From an uncultured delta proteobacterium (GTDB lineage Bacteria; Myxococcota; Myxococcia; Myxococcales; Myxococcaceae), in the NCBI GenBank assembly GCA_963776345.1, contig CAVZMH010000015.1, positions 416,001 through 480,000 on the forward strand: a stretch of 64,000 nucleotides of DNA, given 5' to 3'. The notes under the pieces were generated by a model. The model saw only the letters and a list, made by a program, of their open reading frames with translations, was not told where the DNA came from and searched no databases. Positions 1-11,055 of the stretch are shown piece after piece. Each line of letters opens with the position of its first letter. Position 1 is the first letter of the stretch. The position numbers and the translations under genes are program-made.

Positions 1-1
1 T

Positions 2-337
2 GCCCTTGCCGTTCTCGGGCGCGCCGCCCTCGCCGAGCCCACCGGCGCCGAGGAGCTCGCCCAGCGGAGGGAGGCTGCCCGCGAGGCGCTCAGGCCGTCC
101 TGCGGGCGATGTCACGACCACGGACAGCCGACCGCCCGTCCCGCGGCGCTTCGGGTCTTCGACCTCCAGGACGCGGACTGGTCGGCGCACGTGACCGACG
201 TGCAGATGGACCACATGGTGGGCCGCTTCGAGAGCTTCAAGATGCCCCAGGCGGACCGGGTCACCGTGCAGCGCTTCCTCGACGCCGAGCGCGCCCGGCG
301 CGCCTCCGCCCCGCCGGCCGCCGAGCCGGGGCACTGA
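2..337 (+). CDS. Partial (5'-truncated) small protein with CxxCH motif, putative monoheme c-type cytochrome
   Basis: Manual translation of frame 2 (not in ORF track): ...ALAVLGRAALAEPTGAEELAQRREAAREALRPSCGRCHDHG...AEPGH*; CGRCH at 101-115; GC-rich third positions; stop 11 nt before the next ATG. Confidence 0.6.
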   Translation, partial: ALAVLGRAALAEPTGAEELAQRREAAREALRPSCGRCHDHGQPTARPAALRVFDLQDADWSAHVTDVQMDHMVGRFESFKMPQADRVTVQRFLDAERARRASAPPAAEPGH

Positions 338-348
338 GGGCGGAGACG

Positions 349-1194
349 ATGGGCGCCTCGGGCCCCGCGACACTCTGGCGGAGCATCGTCACCGAGACCG
401 CCGAGCGGGCCGACGCCGGCGCGCGGCTGGCGCTCGAGCGCGAGGGGCATCGGCGGCTCGACCGCGACGCGGGCATCGTGCTGGTCACCGCGGTGCTCTG
501 CCTCACCCTCATCCAGTTCTTCGGCCGGCCCGGCGCGCTCGAGACCTGGCGGCAGCTCTGCGCGGCGCTCCACCTCGAGCCCCTCTTCCGCTGGATCGAG
601 GCCTACGTCTTCGAAGGGCCGCAGGCCCGCTTCCATGCCCGGGTGTTCTGGGCCGCGGCCCGCGCGCTCACGCTCCTCGTCCTCCCGGCGGTGGTGGTGG
701 TGACGGTGCTCCGGCGCCCGCTCGGCGACTTCGGGCTCCGCGTCCGGGGCATCCTTCCGCACGGCTGGCTCTACCTCGCAATGCTGCTCCTCATCGCCCC
801 GGCGGTGATCATCGCCTCCTACACCCAGCCGTTCCAGGCCACCTACCCGTTCTACCGTCTGGATCCAGGAGAGCGGCTCTGGCCCAACTTCTGGCTCTGG
901 GAGCTGCTCTACGCCACGCAGTTCGTGGGCATCGAGTTCTTCTTCCGCGGCTTCCTGCTCCACGGGCTCAAGCAGCGGATGGGCTACGCCGCGGTCTGGG
1001 CCTCGGTGGTCCCGTACACCATGATCCACTTCGAGAAGCCGCTGGCCGAGTGCCTCGGCGCCATCGTCGCCGGGTGGGTGCTCGGCACGCTCAGCCTGAA
1101 GACCGGGTCCATGTGGTGGGGCGCGGCGATCCACACCGCCGTCGCCTGGGGCATGGACCTGCTCTCGCTCGGGCACCAGGGTCGGCTCGGCTGA
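349..1194 (+). CDS. CPBP family intramembrane glutamic endopeptidase (type II CAAX protease/Abi)
   Basis: Multiple TM segments; motifs EFFFRG, YTMIH, AAIH; start at MGASG. Confidence 0.85.
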   Translation: MGASGPATLWRSIVTETAERADAGARLALEREGHRRLDRDAGIVLVTAVLCLTLIQFFGRPGALETWRQLCAALHLEPLFRWIEAYVFEGPQARFHARVFWAAARALTLLVLPAVVVVTVLRRPLGDFGLRVRGILPHGWLYLAMLLLIAPAVIIASYTQPFQATYPFYRLDPGERLWPNFWLWELLYATQFVGIEFFFRGFLLHGLKQRMGYAAVWASVVPYTMIHFEKPLAECLGAIVAGWVLGTLSLKTGSMWWGAAIHTAVAWGMDLLSLGHQGRLG

Positions 1195-1204
1195 CGCCGC
1201 ATCT

Positions 1205-2665
1205 CTAGAGGGCGCTGGCGGGAACGCAGAGCAGGGCCGCGCCCTCGCCCGAGAGCTCCACCGCCGGCGCGGGCGTGCCCTCCGGGCCCTCCCAGCCGAG
1301 CGCCACCACCCGCGGGCTGAGCTGACCCTGCCAGCCCACCCAGTGCTGCAGCGGCACCGTCACCGGGGCGTCGTGCCGCACCTCGGTGGAACGCAGGGGC
1401 CCGGGGAGCGCGAGCAGCACCTGCCCCACGCCACTCAGGTGCACCAGGTCCAGGTCCGGCGCCACCTCGCTCGGCACGCGCCCGTTCTCGAACATCACCG
1501 GCTCCTCGAAGCCGAAGACCCAGTCCTCGCGCAGGTAGACGCTCTCGTCGCCGAGGTCGATCGCCAGGAAGGTGCGGCCCATCACCCCGAGCCACGCCGT
1601 CCCCGTGCCCACCAGGCGGTGCATGCGCGCCGGTCCCCAGCCGAATGGCTTGTCCGTCACCCGTCCGCGGAAGCGCTTGAACTCCGCGCGGGCCTCGATG
1701 ACCCCGGTCCACCCGAGCAGCCCCGAGGTGCGGACCAGCACCTCGCCGCGGACCTCCACCCGCACCGCCTCCGGCGTCACGGTGAAGGTGCGGCTTCCGT
1801 CGCCAGGCAGCTTCCCGGCCACGCTGGAGAGCTCGGTGGGGCGGATCACCGGATGCGAGGAGTCGGCCAGCGTGGTGCGGGCCGCCTCGCGGAGCGATCG
1901 CATCGGCGCGGGAGGAGCCGGAGGAGCGGCGACCTCGGCTTGCGCAGGCGGAGCCGCCGGGCGCGCGGACCCGGGCTGGGGCGGCTTGGCGAGGGCGGCC
2001 GACGCCGGCTCGCCGCCGCTCCCGAACGTGGGCAGGGGGGCCGCGGGGACGGGCGCGGGCGGCGCCGCCGCCTCGGTGAGCGGGATGGGCGCCGGCTCCC
2101 CGCCGAGCTGCGCCACCGAGACCACCGGCAGCTCCTGCGTCAGCCCGGAGATCTTCTGGTCGGGCGGAGCAGGCCTGGGCGGCACGGGCACCGGCCGCGC
2201 CTCGGCGGCGAGCGCCTTGGCCATCTTCTCGGCCATCACGTCCGAGCCGGCCTTGACGAAGTGCTCGCGGGCCCGGCCGTACTCGCCGGCCTGGGCGAGC
2301 GCGAGCCCGAGGTAGTTGTGCGCCTTGAGGTGCCCGGGCTGCAGCTCCACCGCGGTCTCGAACTCGCGCACCGCACGGGTCAGCTGGTTCGACTTGAGGT
2401 AGACCAGCCCGAGGTTGACCCGCAGCGTCGGATCGGCGCCGTTCTCGCGGACCAGCGCCTCGTAGACCTCGGCCGCGCGCACGAAGTCGCCGAGCTTGAA
2501 GTACGCCAGGCCGAGCAGGTTCTTCGCCTTCTCGTCGCCCGGGCGCATCTGGTAGGCGCGCTCGAGGTGGTCGCGGGCCTCGGTCAGCTGCCCCTGCTGG
2601 AGCAGCTCGCCCCCGCGGTAGAGGGCCTCGAGGAAGACCGCGTCGGTGGCTTCCGCCGCGTTCAC
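1205..2665 (-). CDS. TPR repeat protein with Pro/Ala linker and C-terminal AIM24-like domain
   Basis: TPRs ([35 protein letters not shown]); C-terminal [11 protein letters not shown]...[12 protein letters not shown]24-like; GTG start overlaps upstream stop (GTGA). Confidence 0.75.
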   Translation of the reverse strand: MNAAEATDAVFLEALYRGGELLQQGQLTEARDHLERAYQMRPGDEKAKNLLGLAYFKLGDFVRAAEVYEALVRENGADPTLRVNLGLVYLKSNQLTRAVREFETAVELQPGHLKAHNYLGLALAQAGEYGRAREHFVKAGSDVMAEKMAKALAAEARPVPVPPRPAPPDQKISGLTQELPVVSVAQLGGEPAPIPLTEAAAPPAPVPAAPLPTFGSGGEPASAALAKPPQPGSARPAAPPAQAEVAAPPAPPAPMRSLREAARTTLADSSHPVIRPTELSSVAGKLPGDGSRTFTVTPEAVRVEVRGEVLVRTSGLLGWTGVIEARAEFKRFRGRVTDKPFGWGPARMHRLVGTGTAWLGVMGRTFLAIDLGDESVYLREDWVFGFEEPVMFENGRVPSEVAPDLDLVHLSGVGQVLLALPGPLRSTEVRHDAPVTVPLQHWVGWQGQLSPRVVALGWEGPEGTPAPAVELSGEGAALLCVPASAL

Positions 2666-3297
2666 CGCCACGCCGCCGGCTCCACCTGCGAGGTCATCGA
2701 CCCGTCCTGCTTGTACTGGAAGTACAGCGCCAGGACCTTCTGCACGTAGGTCCGGGTCTCGTCGAACGGAGGCACCTGGTTCCCGTACTTCCGGACCGCA
2801 TCCGGACCGGCGTTGTACGCGGCGACGATGGTCTCCATCTGGCCGTCGAACTCGTTGGCCAGCACCCGCAGGTAGCGCACGCCGCCGAAGATGTTCTGCC
2901 GGGCGTCGAAGATGTCCCGCACGTACATGTCCGACGCGGTGCCGGGCATCAGCTGCATCAGCCCCGAGGCGCCCTTCCGCGAGAGCGCGTGTGGATCGAA
3001 GTTGCTCTCGGCATGGGCCACCGCCCGCACCAGCGCCAGCGGGATGTTGTACCGGCGCGCCGCCTCGGTCATCCACTCGAGGTAGAGCGACGGCGCGATC
3101 ACCGAGCGCACCGGAGCCTCGGAAGGACGCGGGGCCTGGCGGAACGACGAGCCTCCGAGCCGGCGCGCCTTCACTCCGGCAGGAGGAACGTTGGTGTAGA
3201 CGATGGTCCCGTCCTTCTCGCGATAGGTGTAGATGGCGCTCGCGCGCGCGGGCAGAGCGGAGAACAGCGCGAGCAGGAGCACGGGCAGGAGACGCAT
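2662..3297 (-). CDS. Lytic transglycosylase (SLT domain) with N-terminal DUF4124-like segment and signal peptide
   Basis: Signal [47 protein letters not shown] motifs. Confidence 0.9.
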   Translation of the reverse strand: MRLLPVLLLALFSALPARASAIYTYREKDGTIVYTNVPPAGVKARRLGGSSFRQAPRPSEAPVRSVIAPSLYLEWMTEAARRYNIPLALVRAVAHAESNFDPHALSRKGASGLMQLMPGTASDMYVRDIFDARQNIFGGVRYLRVLANEFDGQMETIVAAYNAGPDAVRKYGNQVPPFDETRTYVQKVLALYFQYKQDGSMTSQVEPAAWR

Positions 3298-3396
3298 CGG
3301 CAGGGGGTCGGCCTGCGACTCTACTGAACCCGCCGCGCAAACCTCAAGAAATGGCCCTTGTTTCCGCCGGGTTGGACCGCTACACGGGACGACAAG

Positions 3397-4980
3397 ATGC
3401 CCCGGCGGTTCGACTTCCTGGTGCTCGGCGGCGGCGTGGCTGGCCTGTCCTTCGCGCTCGAGGCCGCCCAGCGCGGGACGGTGGCGGTGCTCACCAAGCG
3501 CAGCCGGTCCGAGAGCAACACCATGTATGCGCAAGGGGGAGTGGCCGCGGTCCTCTCCGGGCGCGACAGCTTCGAGCAGCACATCGCCGACACGGTGGAT
3601 GCCGGGGCGGGTCTGAACAACCCCGAGGCGGTGGAGATCACCGTCCGGGATGCCCCGGAGCGAATCCACGAGCTGGCGGCGCTGGGCGCACATTTCGACA
3701 CCCGACCCGACGGCGAGTTCGACCTCGGGCGGGAGGGCGGGCACACCCGGCGGCGCATCGTCCACTCCGGGGACATCACCGGCCGGGAGATCGAGCGCGC
3801 CCTGCTGGCCGCCTGCGACGACCGGCCCAACATCCAGTTCTTCTCCGAGGCCGCGGCGATCGACCTGATCCTCGACCGCCGCAGCCCGCACGGGCAGCCG
3901 CGGTGCCTCGGAGCCTACGTGCTGCTCTCCACCGGGGAGATCGAGACCCTGCTCGGCAGGGTGACCGTGCTCGCCACCGGAGGCGCGGGAAAGGTGTACC
4001 TGTACACCACCAACCCCGACGTGGCGACCGGCGACGGGGTGGCCATGGCGTACCGGGCGGGCGCGCGCATCGCCAACATGGAGTTCTACCAGTTCCACCC
4101 CACCTGCCTGTTCAGCCCGGAGGCGAAGAACTTCCTCATCTCCGAGGCGCTGCGCGGCGAGGGGGGCAAGCTGCGGTTGCGCAGCGGCGCGCCCTTCATG
4201 CAGCGCTACGACCCGCGCGCCGAGCTCGCCCCGCGCGACATCGTGGCCCGGGCCATCGACTCGGAGCTGAAGCGGACCGGCGACGACTACGTGCTCCTCG
4301 ACATGACGCACCTCGGGCGGGCGTTCCTCATCGAGCGGTTCCCGAACATCTACGAGACCTGCAAGGCGTTCGGCGTGGACATGGCGGTGCAGCCCATCCC
4401 GGTCGTGCCCGCGGCGCACTACCAGTGCGGCGGCGTGTCCACCGACATGGGCGGCCGCACCAGCGTCCCCGGGCTGTTCGCGGTGGGCGAGGTGGCGCAC
4501 ACGGGGCTGCACGGCGCCAACCGGCTGGCCTCCAACTCGCTGCTCGAGGGGCTGGTGTTCGGTCACCGGGCGGCGCGGGCCGCGGCGGAGGAGCTGGGTC
4601 CGACGGCGCAGGGCGAGGACGTGCCGCCGTGGGACCCGGGCGCCGCGGTGGACCCGAACGAGGCGGTGCTGGTCACCCACAACTGGGAGGAGGTCCGCCG
4701 CCTGATGTGGAATTACGTGGGCATCGTCCGGACCGACAAGCGGCTGATGCGTGCCCGCCGGCGGCTGGACCTGCTCCGCGAGGAGATCCGCGACTACTAC
4801 TGGCGGTTCAAGGTGACCCGCGACGTCATCGAGCTGCGGAACATCGCCGACGTGGCGCACCTCATCGTCGAATGCGCCAGCCGGCGGAAGGAGAGCCGGG
4901 GCCTGCACTACACGCTCGACTACCCGAACCGCGACGACCACAACTGGAACAAGGACACGGTCGTCCAGCGCGAGCCCTGA
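3397..4980 (+). CDS. nadB: L-aspartate oxidase
   Basis: GGGVAG FAD motif, [41 protein letters not shown]. Confidence 0.95.
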   Translation: MPRRFDFLVLGGGVAGLSFALEAAQRGTVAVLTKRSRSESNTMYAQGGVAAVLSGRDSFEQHIADTVDAGAGLNNPEAVEITVRDAPERIHELAALGAHFDTRPDGEFDLGREGGHTRRRIVHSGDITGREIERALLAACDDRPNIQFFSEAAAIDLILDRRSPHGQPRCLGAYVLLSTGEIETLLGRVTVLATGGAGKVYLYTTNPDVATGDGVAMAYRAGARIANMEFYQFHPTCLFSPEAKNFLISEALRGEGGKLRLRSGAPFMQRYDPRAELAPRDIVARAIDSELKRTGDDYVLLDMTHLGRAFLIERFPNIYETCKAFGVDMAVQPIPVVPAAHYQCGGVSTDMGGRTSVPGLFAVGEVAHTGLHGANRLASNSLLEGLVFGHRAARAAAEELGPTAQGEDVPPWDPGAAVDPNEAVLVTHNWEEVRRLMWNYVGIVRTDKRLMRARRRLDLLREEIRDYYWRFKVTRDVIELRNIADVAHLIVECASRRKESRGLHYTLDYPNRDDHNWNKDTVVQREP

Positions 4981-4983
4981 TCG

Positions 4984-5670
4984 GTGGAACCCACGCCGAC
5001 GCCTCCCCCGCAACCGGTGCCCCGGCTGCCGCCGCCCCTGGTCTCCTGGACCTTCCTGGGGCTCTGCGTCCTCATCTTCCTCCCGCACGCCCTCGAGAAC
5101 GAGCCGCCGCTCCGCTTCATCCTCTACGGGCCGGCCGTGGCCGCGGGCGAGTGGTGGCGCGTGCTCAGCTCCAGCCTCGAGCACGTCACGCCGATGCACA
5201 TCCTGATGAACGGGCTGAGCATCTTCAGCTTCGGCCCCGTGGTGGAGCGGCAGATCGGCTCGAAGCGATTCCTCCTCGTCTCGCTGATCGCCGCCCTGAC
5301 CTCCTCGGCGGCCGCGCTGGCCTTCATGTGGTTCTATCCGAGCGCCGGCGCCTCCGGCGTCATCGCCGGATGGCTCGGGCTCGCGCTGCCCATCTCCGAC
5401 GGCCGGGCACGCAAGGTCCTGGTGCAGTGGACCATCCTCCTGGTGCTGGTCAGCCTCGTGCCGCGCGTGAGCTGGGCTGCGCACCTCGGCGGCTTCGTCG
5501 GGGGGCTGGCCGCCGGGCTGCTCATCCGCGCCTCGGCCCGGAGGAATCCCACCGAGCCGTTTCGCCTCCTCGACCGGCTCGCGCTGCCGCTCCTGGTCCT
5601 GGCCGTCCTGGCAGTGGTCCTCGTGGTGCGCTTGCACGCCGGCGCGACCCCGGAGACCCTGCCCGCATGA
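4984..5670 (+). CDS. Rhomboid family intramembrane serine protease
   Basis: WWR, H-x4-HILMN, GASG, AHLGG motifs. Confidence 0.9.
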   Translation: MEPTPTPPPQPVPRLPPPLVSWTFLGLCVLIFLPHALENEPPLRFILYGPAVAAGEWWRVLSSSLEHVTPMHILMNGLSIFSFGPVVERQIGSKRFLLVSLIAALTSSAAALAFMWFYPSAGASGVIAGWLGLALPISDGRARKVLVQWTILLVLVSLVPRVSWAAHLGGFVGGLAAGLLIRASARRNPTEPFRLLDRLALPLLVLAVLAVVLVVRLHAGATPETLPA

Positions 5671-6221
5671 GCCGGCCGTTCCACGTCTGCGTCTTCTGCG
5701 GCGCGCGGAGCGGCGGCGCCCCGGCGTACGCCCGCGCCGCGGCGGCGCTGGGCCGGCGCCTCGGCGAGCGGGGCCTGGGGCTGGTCTACGGCGGCGGCCG
5801 GGTGGGGCTGATGGGCGCGCTGGCCGACGCGGCGCTGGCCGCGGGAGCGCCGGTGCTCGGCGTGCTGCCCCGGGCGCTGTCCAGCGTCGAGGTCGCCCAC
5901 GGGGGCCTGACCGAGCTCGTCCTGGTGGACGGGCTCCACGCGCGGAAGGCGCGGATGACCGCCGAGAGCGACGCCTTCGTCGCCCTCCCCGGCGGCTTCG
6001 GGACGCTCGACGAGCTGTTCGAGGCGCTCACCTGGGCCCAGCTCGGCCTGCACACCCGCCCCCTGGGGCTGCTCAACGTCGACGGCTTCTGGGACCCCCT
6101 GGTGGCCACCATCGAGCGCCAGGTCGCCGACGGCTTCGTCACCCCGGCGGACCGCGCTCGCCTGTCGGTGGAGGTCGAGCCCGATGCGCTGCTGGACGCG
6201 CTCGGGGCTCCGCGGCGCTAG
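5667..6221 (+). CDS. LOG family nucleotide phosphoribohydrolase (TIGR00730-type)
   Basis: [27 protein letters not shown] overlap with rhomboid stop. Confidence 0.92.
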   Translation: MSRPFHVCVFCGARSGGAPAYARAAAALGRRLGERGLGLVYGGGRVGLMGALADAALAAGAPVLGVLPRALSSVEVAHGGLTELVLVDGLHARKARMTAESDAFVALPGGFGTLDELFEALTWAQLGLHTRPLGLLNVDGFWDPLVATIERQVADGFVTPADRARLSVEVEPDALLDALGAPRR

Positions 6222-6381
6222 GATCCGCCCTGGGGGCGTTCCCCGGCCGAGCGCGCCGGAGTGGCGACTTCCCCCCGATGTGGAAGATTCGGGTGCAGCC
6301 CACCGTTCTGCCCCGGCGAGGGCCGGAGGCGAGCGGAGCGGGGCCCCACGTCCGGGCGACCCGGGGAGGAGCGAGGAAGCC

Positions 6382-7461
6382 GTGCTGACGCCACGGAGGC
6401 CCGCGCATCAGCGGCCCTTTGTCCGGGCGCTGATCCTCTCGCTCGCGCTGCACGCGGCGCTGGTGGTCTGGCTCCTCCGGTCCGAGCGCACCCGGGCCCC
6501 TCCCCCGCCGCGGCCGGCGATGCGCGTGTCCATCCGCCCGTTGCCTCCGCGCCCGACCCGGCCCGAGCGGCCCACCTCTCCCCCGGCCCCGGCTCATCCG
6601 CACGCCTCCGTGTCCTCCGCGCCGCCGGTCCCCGCGTCCCGTCCCGGCGCCGCCGCTGGAGCTCCGGCCCCGGGAGCTCCCCCATCGCCGGACACCGCGG
6701 CCGTGCGGACACCCGGGGCCGACGCGCCCATCCAGCTCTTCCCCGGCGGGGCGGTGGCCCGGGGCGCGGGGCCGGTCCCGCCCGGCGACGGCGCGTCGAC
6801 CTCGCGCGACGTCCCCGAGAGCCGCGAGGCGGAGGGCCGCCGGGTCCAGCAGCGGGTGGAGGCCTGGCGCTGGGACTCGCTCGCCGAGCGCCGGGTGGCC
6901 ACCGGCGTCGACGACTACTTCAAGGACTTCCGGCGGGCGATGCAGGCCAACATGGGGCCACCTCCGCCAGGGGGCGGGCCGAAGCACGGGGACCTCACCG
7001 CCGGCCAGCGGTGGATCAACGCCTGGCTCGACGCGCTGGAGGACGCCAATCCGTCGAAGCAGCCTCCGCCGCCGGGAGAGCGCATGCCCGCCCGGGACGT
7101 GCAGGACGTCACCGGCCGGATGGACGAGCTCATCGGCAACCACCTCGGGCCCATGGCCGTGCAGCCGAGCTTCGCCGCGCAGCGGCTGCTGCGGCGCGCC
7201 GCCGCGGTGGGGGTGCCGGTGGCCGTGCTGCGCATCGTCCAGCGCGCGGACGGCTCCATCGCCTCGACGGAGCTGGTCGCCTCCAGCGGAGACAAGACCT
7301 TCGACGCATACGTCGTGGAGCATGCGGCGCTGGCGCTCGCCGCCGTGCCGCCGCCTCCTGCGCGGCAGGGCGCCGGTCTGCACCCCGACGGCACCCGGAC
7401 CGAGTGGGCGTTCTACCGGGCGGGGGGAAGCTGCGGCGTGCTCCTCCTCCGCGCGTACTGA
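6382..7461 (+). CDS. Single-TM Pro-rich protein with TonB C-terminal-like domain
   Basis: TM SLALHAALVV (SxxxH), Pro-rich linker, C-terminal ADGSI...SSGDKTFD; start uncertain. Confidence 0.6.
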   Translation: MLTPRRPAHQRPFVRALILSLALHAALVVWLLRSERTRAPPPPRPAMRVSIRPLPPRPTRPERPTSPPAPAHPHASVSSAPPVPASRPGAAAGAPAPGAPPSPDTAAVRTPGADAPIQLFPGGAVARGAGPVPPGDGASTSRDVPESREAEGRRVQQRVEAWRWDSLAERRVATGVDDYFKDFRRAMQANMGPPPPGGGPKHGDLTAGQRWINAWLDALEDANPSKQPPPPGERMPARDVQDVTGRMDELIGNHLGPMAVQPSFAAQRLLRRAAAVGVPVAVLRIVQRADGSIASTELVASSGDKTFDAYVVEHAALALAAVPPPPARQGAGLHPDGTRTEWAFYRAGGSCGVLLLRAY

Positions 7462-7500
7462 TCGAACGGCCCGAGATCTCCCGCTCCTCGCGGGTGGCGG

Positions 7501-8184
7501 TCAGCGGCTCACTGGAGGCGACGGCGGTGACACCGGCGCGGTCGGCCCGGCGGGCGTCCCCCCGGACGCGAGGGGGAACTTCATCTCCACCTGCCCCTGC
7601 GTCGACGACATCCGGAAGAGGAGCGTCTGCGTGGCCGGGCCGACGAGCGGCTTGCCTGCCACGTCCGTCGGGAAGCGCACCGTGTACATGGTCCAGAACT
7701 CCCCCAGGTACGGGTAGTAGGCGCGCAGGTCCTGGTTGGCACGCCCCACCCGGCGAATGGCCAGCGGCGTGACCTCGCCCTGGTCCGTCACCAGGCTGAG
7801 CCTCCAGATGGTGTTCTTGGAGTCGAGGTCGTCGAAGCGCCGGTCGACCAGGCTCAGCCCCAGCACCACCTCGTGTCCCTGGGTGGCCTCGGCGCGCTCG
7901 CGGGCGAGCGCCTGCTCCAGCTTCGCCTCCGGCCAGGTCTGGAACTGGGCCTGCCGCCGGACGCGGGCCTCGCGGAACTCCGGGCTCTGGTAGGTGGCCG
8001 CGCAGTACAGCTGGGTGTCGAGGCCCGAGTAGACCTCGCGGTGCTCGGTGACCCGGTTCAGCGCAGCCTGGTAGCTCGCCTCGGCCCGGGAATCCGAGAG
8101 CTCGGCGCCCGGATCGCCGATCGTGGGCGGAGCCCCGGCACAGCCCGCGAAGCCGAGCAGGAGCAGCAGCGCCGCGGCCCTCAC
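7501..8184 (-). CDS. Hypothetical lipoprotein
   Basis: MRAAALLLLLGFAGC lipobox; GTG overlaps pyrE stop. Confidence 0.7.
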   Translation of the reverse strand: MRAAALLLLLGFAGCAGAPPTIGDPGAELSDSRAEASYQAALNRVTEHREVYSGLDTQLYCAATYQSPEFREARVRRQAQFQTWPEAKLEQALARERAEATQGHEVVLGLSLVDRRFDDLDSKNTIWRLSLVTDQGEVTPLAIRRVGRANQDLRAYYPYLGEFWTMYTVRFPTDVAGKPLVGPATQTLLFRMSSTQGQVEMKFPLASGGTPAGPTAPVSPPSPPVSR

Positions 8185-8741
8185 GGGAGGAAGTCGCTCC
8201 GGGTGAACAGCGTGGACAGCCCGTAGCCCTTCTGGGTCACCGCCTCGCGCCCACCCTCCAGCCGGTCGACGAGCGCGAAGGCGCAGCGGACGCGGAGCCC
8301 GGCGGCCTCCACCCGCTCGATGGCCTTCAGCGTGCTGGCCCCGGTGGTGACCACGTCCTCCACCACCGCCACCTCGGCGCGATCGGCGATGAGGCTGCGC
8401 CCCTCGATCCACTCCCCGGTCCCGTGGCCCTTGGCCTCCTTGCGCACGATGAACGCGGGGATCGGCGAGCCGGCGAGGTAGCTGGTGAAGCTCACCGCGG
8501 AGGCGAGCGGGTCGGCTCCGAGCGTCAACCCGCCCACCGCCGCGGCGGCCGGCGCGAGCCGCTGGATGTCGCGCCACAGGAGCCGCCCCACCAGGAAGTG
8601 TCCCTCGGCGGTGAGCACCGTGCGCTTGCAGTCGATGTAGAAGTCGCTCTCCTTGCCCGAGGAGAGCGTCACCCGTCGCTTCTCGAACGACAGCTGGGTC
8701 AGCAACTCCAGGAGCCGTGCGCGATCCCGATCGAGCGCCAT
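8181..8741 (-). CDS. pyrE: Orotate phosphoribosyltransferase
   Basis: LSSGKESDFYID, RKEAKGHG, VVEDVVTTGAS. Confidence 0.95.
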   Translation of the reverse strand: MALDRDRARLLELLTQLSFEKRRVTLSSGKESDFYIDCKRTVLTAEGHFLVGRLLWRDIQRLAPAAAAVGGLTLGADPLASAVSFTSYLAGSPIPAFIVRKEAKGHGTGEWIEGRSLIADRAEVAVVEDVVTTGASTLKAIERVEAAGLRVRCAFALVDRLEGGREAVTQKGYGLSTLFTRSDFLP

Positions 8742-8745
8742 GGGG

Positions 8746-9555
8746 TCAGGATTCCTCCTCGAAGTAGGCCACCAGCTCGGCCGCGTAGCGCAGCTGCTGC
8801 AGTAGCTCGGCCCGGCGCCCCGGCTCGAGCGCGTCGAACACCGGCGCCAGCAGCGCCAGGTCCTGGTTCACTTCGCCCATGCGGGCGGTGAGCTCGGAGG
8901 CCAGCTCGTCGGCGTCGACCTCCTCCTCGCCGTCGCTCCCCACCGACTCGGGGGCGAGCCCGTCGTCGGTCGCCCGGGCGCGCAGGAGCATGTCGCGGGC
9001 TGCCGCCGGGAGCCGGCCCTCCTGCTCCAGCCGTCCCTCGAGCTCCGCGAGCTGCTCGTGGGTGGGCGCGGCTCCGTGGAGAATGCCGGCGAGCGCGAGC
9101 AGCAGCGCGTCCTCGTCCGACAGCCGCGCGTGCACCCGCGCCAGCACCGTGGTGCGCTGGAGGAAGCGGAGCGCCGCCACCCGGCGGAACCCGGCCACCA
9201 GCTGGAAGCGGTCCGTGCCCTCGCGCCGGCGCACGTCCACCGGGAACGCCTGCCCCAGCCGCGCGAGGTCCATCGCCAGCCGCCCCACGTCTCCCGCCGG
9301 ACGGAGCTGGAAGGTGTCGTCCTGGTCCAGCGCCTCGAGGGAAATCGGCCGCTCCTCCACTGCCGGCGGGCGCTCGGGGCGCGGGGCCGGCACGGGCTCC
9401 ACCCGCGGAGGCAGCGACGGCATCGCCGTGTCGGCCGCCGCCTCTCCGGCATCGACCGGAGCGGAGCTGGACGGCGCATCGCCCGGCGCGGCCCCGGCCC
9501 CGGGGCGCTCCTCGAGGGGATCCGAGGTCATCTCGTGTGGCTCGGGCGTCTCCAT
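8746..9555 (-). CDS. padC: ParB/Srx-domain bactofilin-associated protein (PadC-like)
   Basis: Disordered N-terminus, ParB-like LVAGFRR motif, no HTH; directly downstream of three bactofilins as in M. xanthus bacNOP-padC. Confidence 0.8.
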   Translation of the reverse strand: METPEPHEMTSDPLEERPGAGAAPGDAPSSSAPVDAGEAAADTAMPSLPPRVEPVPAPRPERPPAVEERPISLEALDQDDTFQLRPAGDVGRLAMDLARLGQAFPVDVRRREGTDRFQLVAGFRRVAALRFLQRTTVLARVHARLSDEDALLLALAGILHGAAPTHEQLAELEGRLEQEGRLPAAARDMLLRARATDDGLAPESVGSDGEEEVDADELASELTARMGEVNQDLALLAPVFDALEPGRRAELLQQLRYAAELVAYFEEES

Positions 9556-9611
9556 TGGACCGTCCCGGACACGCTACCGCGGGCGGGGGCCCGCGGGAAC
9601 GTGCCCGCCGG

Positions 9612-10223
9612 TCACTTCTTCTTCTTCAGCACGACCTTCTTCTTGGCCCCGGCGGCGACCACCGGCGGCGTGGGAGGCGCAGGCGGAGGCGTCCGGGCCT
9701 CGGTGCGGACGATGCCCGGCATGCCTCCCGGCTTGCGGGCGGCCGCGGTCGCGCCGGCGCCGCCGGGACGCGCGGCAGTGGCGGAAGCCGTCGCCGGACG
9801 CGGCGGCGGAGGCGGCAGGCTCCGGACCGTGGGCCGGAGCTGGGTGCGCGGAGTGCTCCGCTCGGGGAGGCTGCGGCCCGGCGGCAGCTCGCCCATGTCG
9901 ACCCGGCCGCGGAAGCTGGCCCCGTCGACGATGATCACCCGGGGCGCGCGGATGTCACCGACCATCCGGCCCTCCTGGGTCAGCTCCACGCTCTCGCTGG
10001 CCTGGATGTTCCCCACCACCACGCCGCTGACCACCGCGTTCTTCACCGTGACGTTGGCTTTCACCACGCCCGACGGCTCGACGATGAGGGTCTTGGTGAG
10101 GGACAGCTCGCCCTCCACGCGCCCGCGGACCGTGAGGTCCTCGTCACCGGTGAGCTTCCCGTTGATGAGGATGGAGGGACCGATGACCGTGTTGCCGCTC
10201 GCGACCAGATCCTTGGCGGCCAT
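9612..10223 (-). CDS. bacP: Bactofilin with Pro-rich/basic C-terminal extension (BacP-like)
   Basis: TVIGPSILINGKL...GASFRGRVDM bactofilin domain; tail ending KKKVVLKKKK. Confidence 0.85.
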   Translation of the reverse strand: MAAKDLVASGNTVIGPSILINGKLTGDEDLTVRGRVEGELSLTKTLIVEPSGVVKANVTVKNAVVSGVVVGNIQASESVELTQEGRMVGDIRAPRVIIVDGASFRGRVDMGELPPGRSLPERSTPRTQLRPTVRSLPPPPPRPATASATAARPGGAGATAAARKPGGMPGIVRTEARTPPPAPPTPPVVAAGAKKKVVLKKKK

Positions 10224-10226
10224 GGG

Positions 10227-10550
10227 TCAGCGTTCCTTCACGTCCATGTCCACGTTGCCCTTGAAGCTCGCGCCGTCGGCGATGAGGATCCGCGGCGCCT
10301 TCACGTCGCCCACCACCCGGCAGTCGGCCTTGAGCTCGACCTTGTCGCTGGCCTGGATGTTCCCCGTGACGCGGCCGGCGATCTCCACGTTCTGGGTCTC
10401 GATGTCCGCCTCCACCACACCCGAGCCCTCGACGAAGAGACTCTCGCGCAGCGAGATCTTCCCCTTCACCGTGCCCTGGATGACGAGGTCCTCGTCGCCC
10501 GAGATCTCTCCGTCGATGACGATGCTGGATCCGATGACCGTGTTCGCCAC
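10227..10550 (-). CDS. bacO: Bactofilin (BacO-like)
   Basis: TVIGSSIVIDGEI...GASFKGNVDM; middle gene of the triplet. Confidence 0.85.
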   Translation of the reverse strand: MANTVIGSSIVIDGEISGDEDLVIQGTVKGKISLRESLFVEGSGVVEADIETQNVEIAGRVTGNIQASDKVELKADCRVVGDVKAPRILIADGASFKGNVDMDVKER

Positions 10551-10681
10551 GTGCGTTCCGTCCTTCCCGTGTCAGTCCCGACGGCGACGGGAGCGCGGGA
10601 CGCACCCGCGGAGTCCCCTCGCGCCGGAGAAGCTTCGTGAACCTGTCCGAATGTCGCTCCGCCCTCGCCGCCCAGACCGCG

Positions 10682-11026
10682 CTAGATGTCCTCGGGCAGC
10701 TTGACGTCCATCTCGATGGAGCCGTTGAACACCGCGCCGTCCTCGATCACCACCCGGGGCGCCTTGATGTCACCCGCCACCTTCGCCGAGGCGGAGATGG
10801 CCACGCGCGAGCTCGCGTCGATGTTGCCGCTCGCCTCGCCGTTGATGGTCAGCTCCTCGGCCCGGATGTCGGCCTGCACGCGCCCGGTGCTCTCGATGGT
10901 CAGGTGGTTCTTGAGGGCGATCTGCCCCTCCACCCTGCCCTCGATGACCAGATTGCCGCCGCCGGTGAGGTTGCCCCGGATGACGATGCCCTTCCCGATG
11001 ATTCCGACCTGATCGGCCTGTGCCAT
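10682..11026 (-). CDS. bacN: Bactofilin (BacN-like)
   Basis: GIIGKGIVIRGNL...GAVFNGSIEM; first gene of the triplet. Confidence 0.85.
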   Translation of the reverse strand: MAQADQVGIIGKGIVIRGNLTGGGNLVIEGRVEGQIALKNHLTIESTGRVQADIRAEELTINGEASGNIDASSRVAISASAKVAGDIKAPRVVIEDGAVFNGSIEMDVKLPEDI

Positions 11027-11055
11027 CCTCACCCCTGTCGCGTGAAAACGGTACG

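Noticed and set aside
349..1194. Assignment of the CPBP protease as a myxosortase
   Set aside because: Family motifs are generic and I saw no MYXO-CTERM substrates in the window; needs an HMM search
2662..5637. Apparent 991-aa protein ending in an SLT domain
   Set aside because: The upstream part is antisense to nadB/rhomboid; the real gene starts at 3297 with a signal peptide
2646..6221. 1191-aa + strand ORF and many other long Arg/Gly/Pro-rich or antisense ORFs (e.g. 32272-35859, 14016-16331, 20825-23323)
   Set aside because: Shadow frames typical of very high-GC DNA overlapping well-supported genes; only the last 184 aa of this ORF (LOG protein) is real
6222..6381. Riboswitch upstream of the TonB-like gene
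   Set aside because: No cobalamin/TPP/SAM consensus elements recognisable
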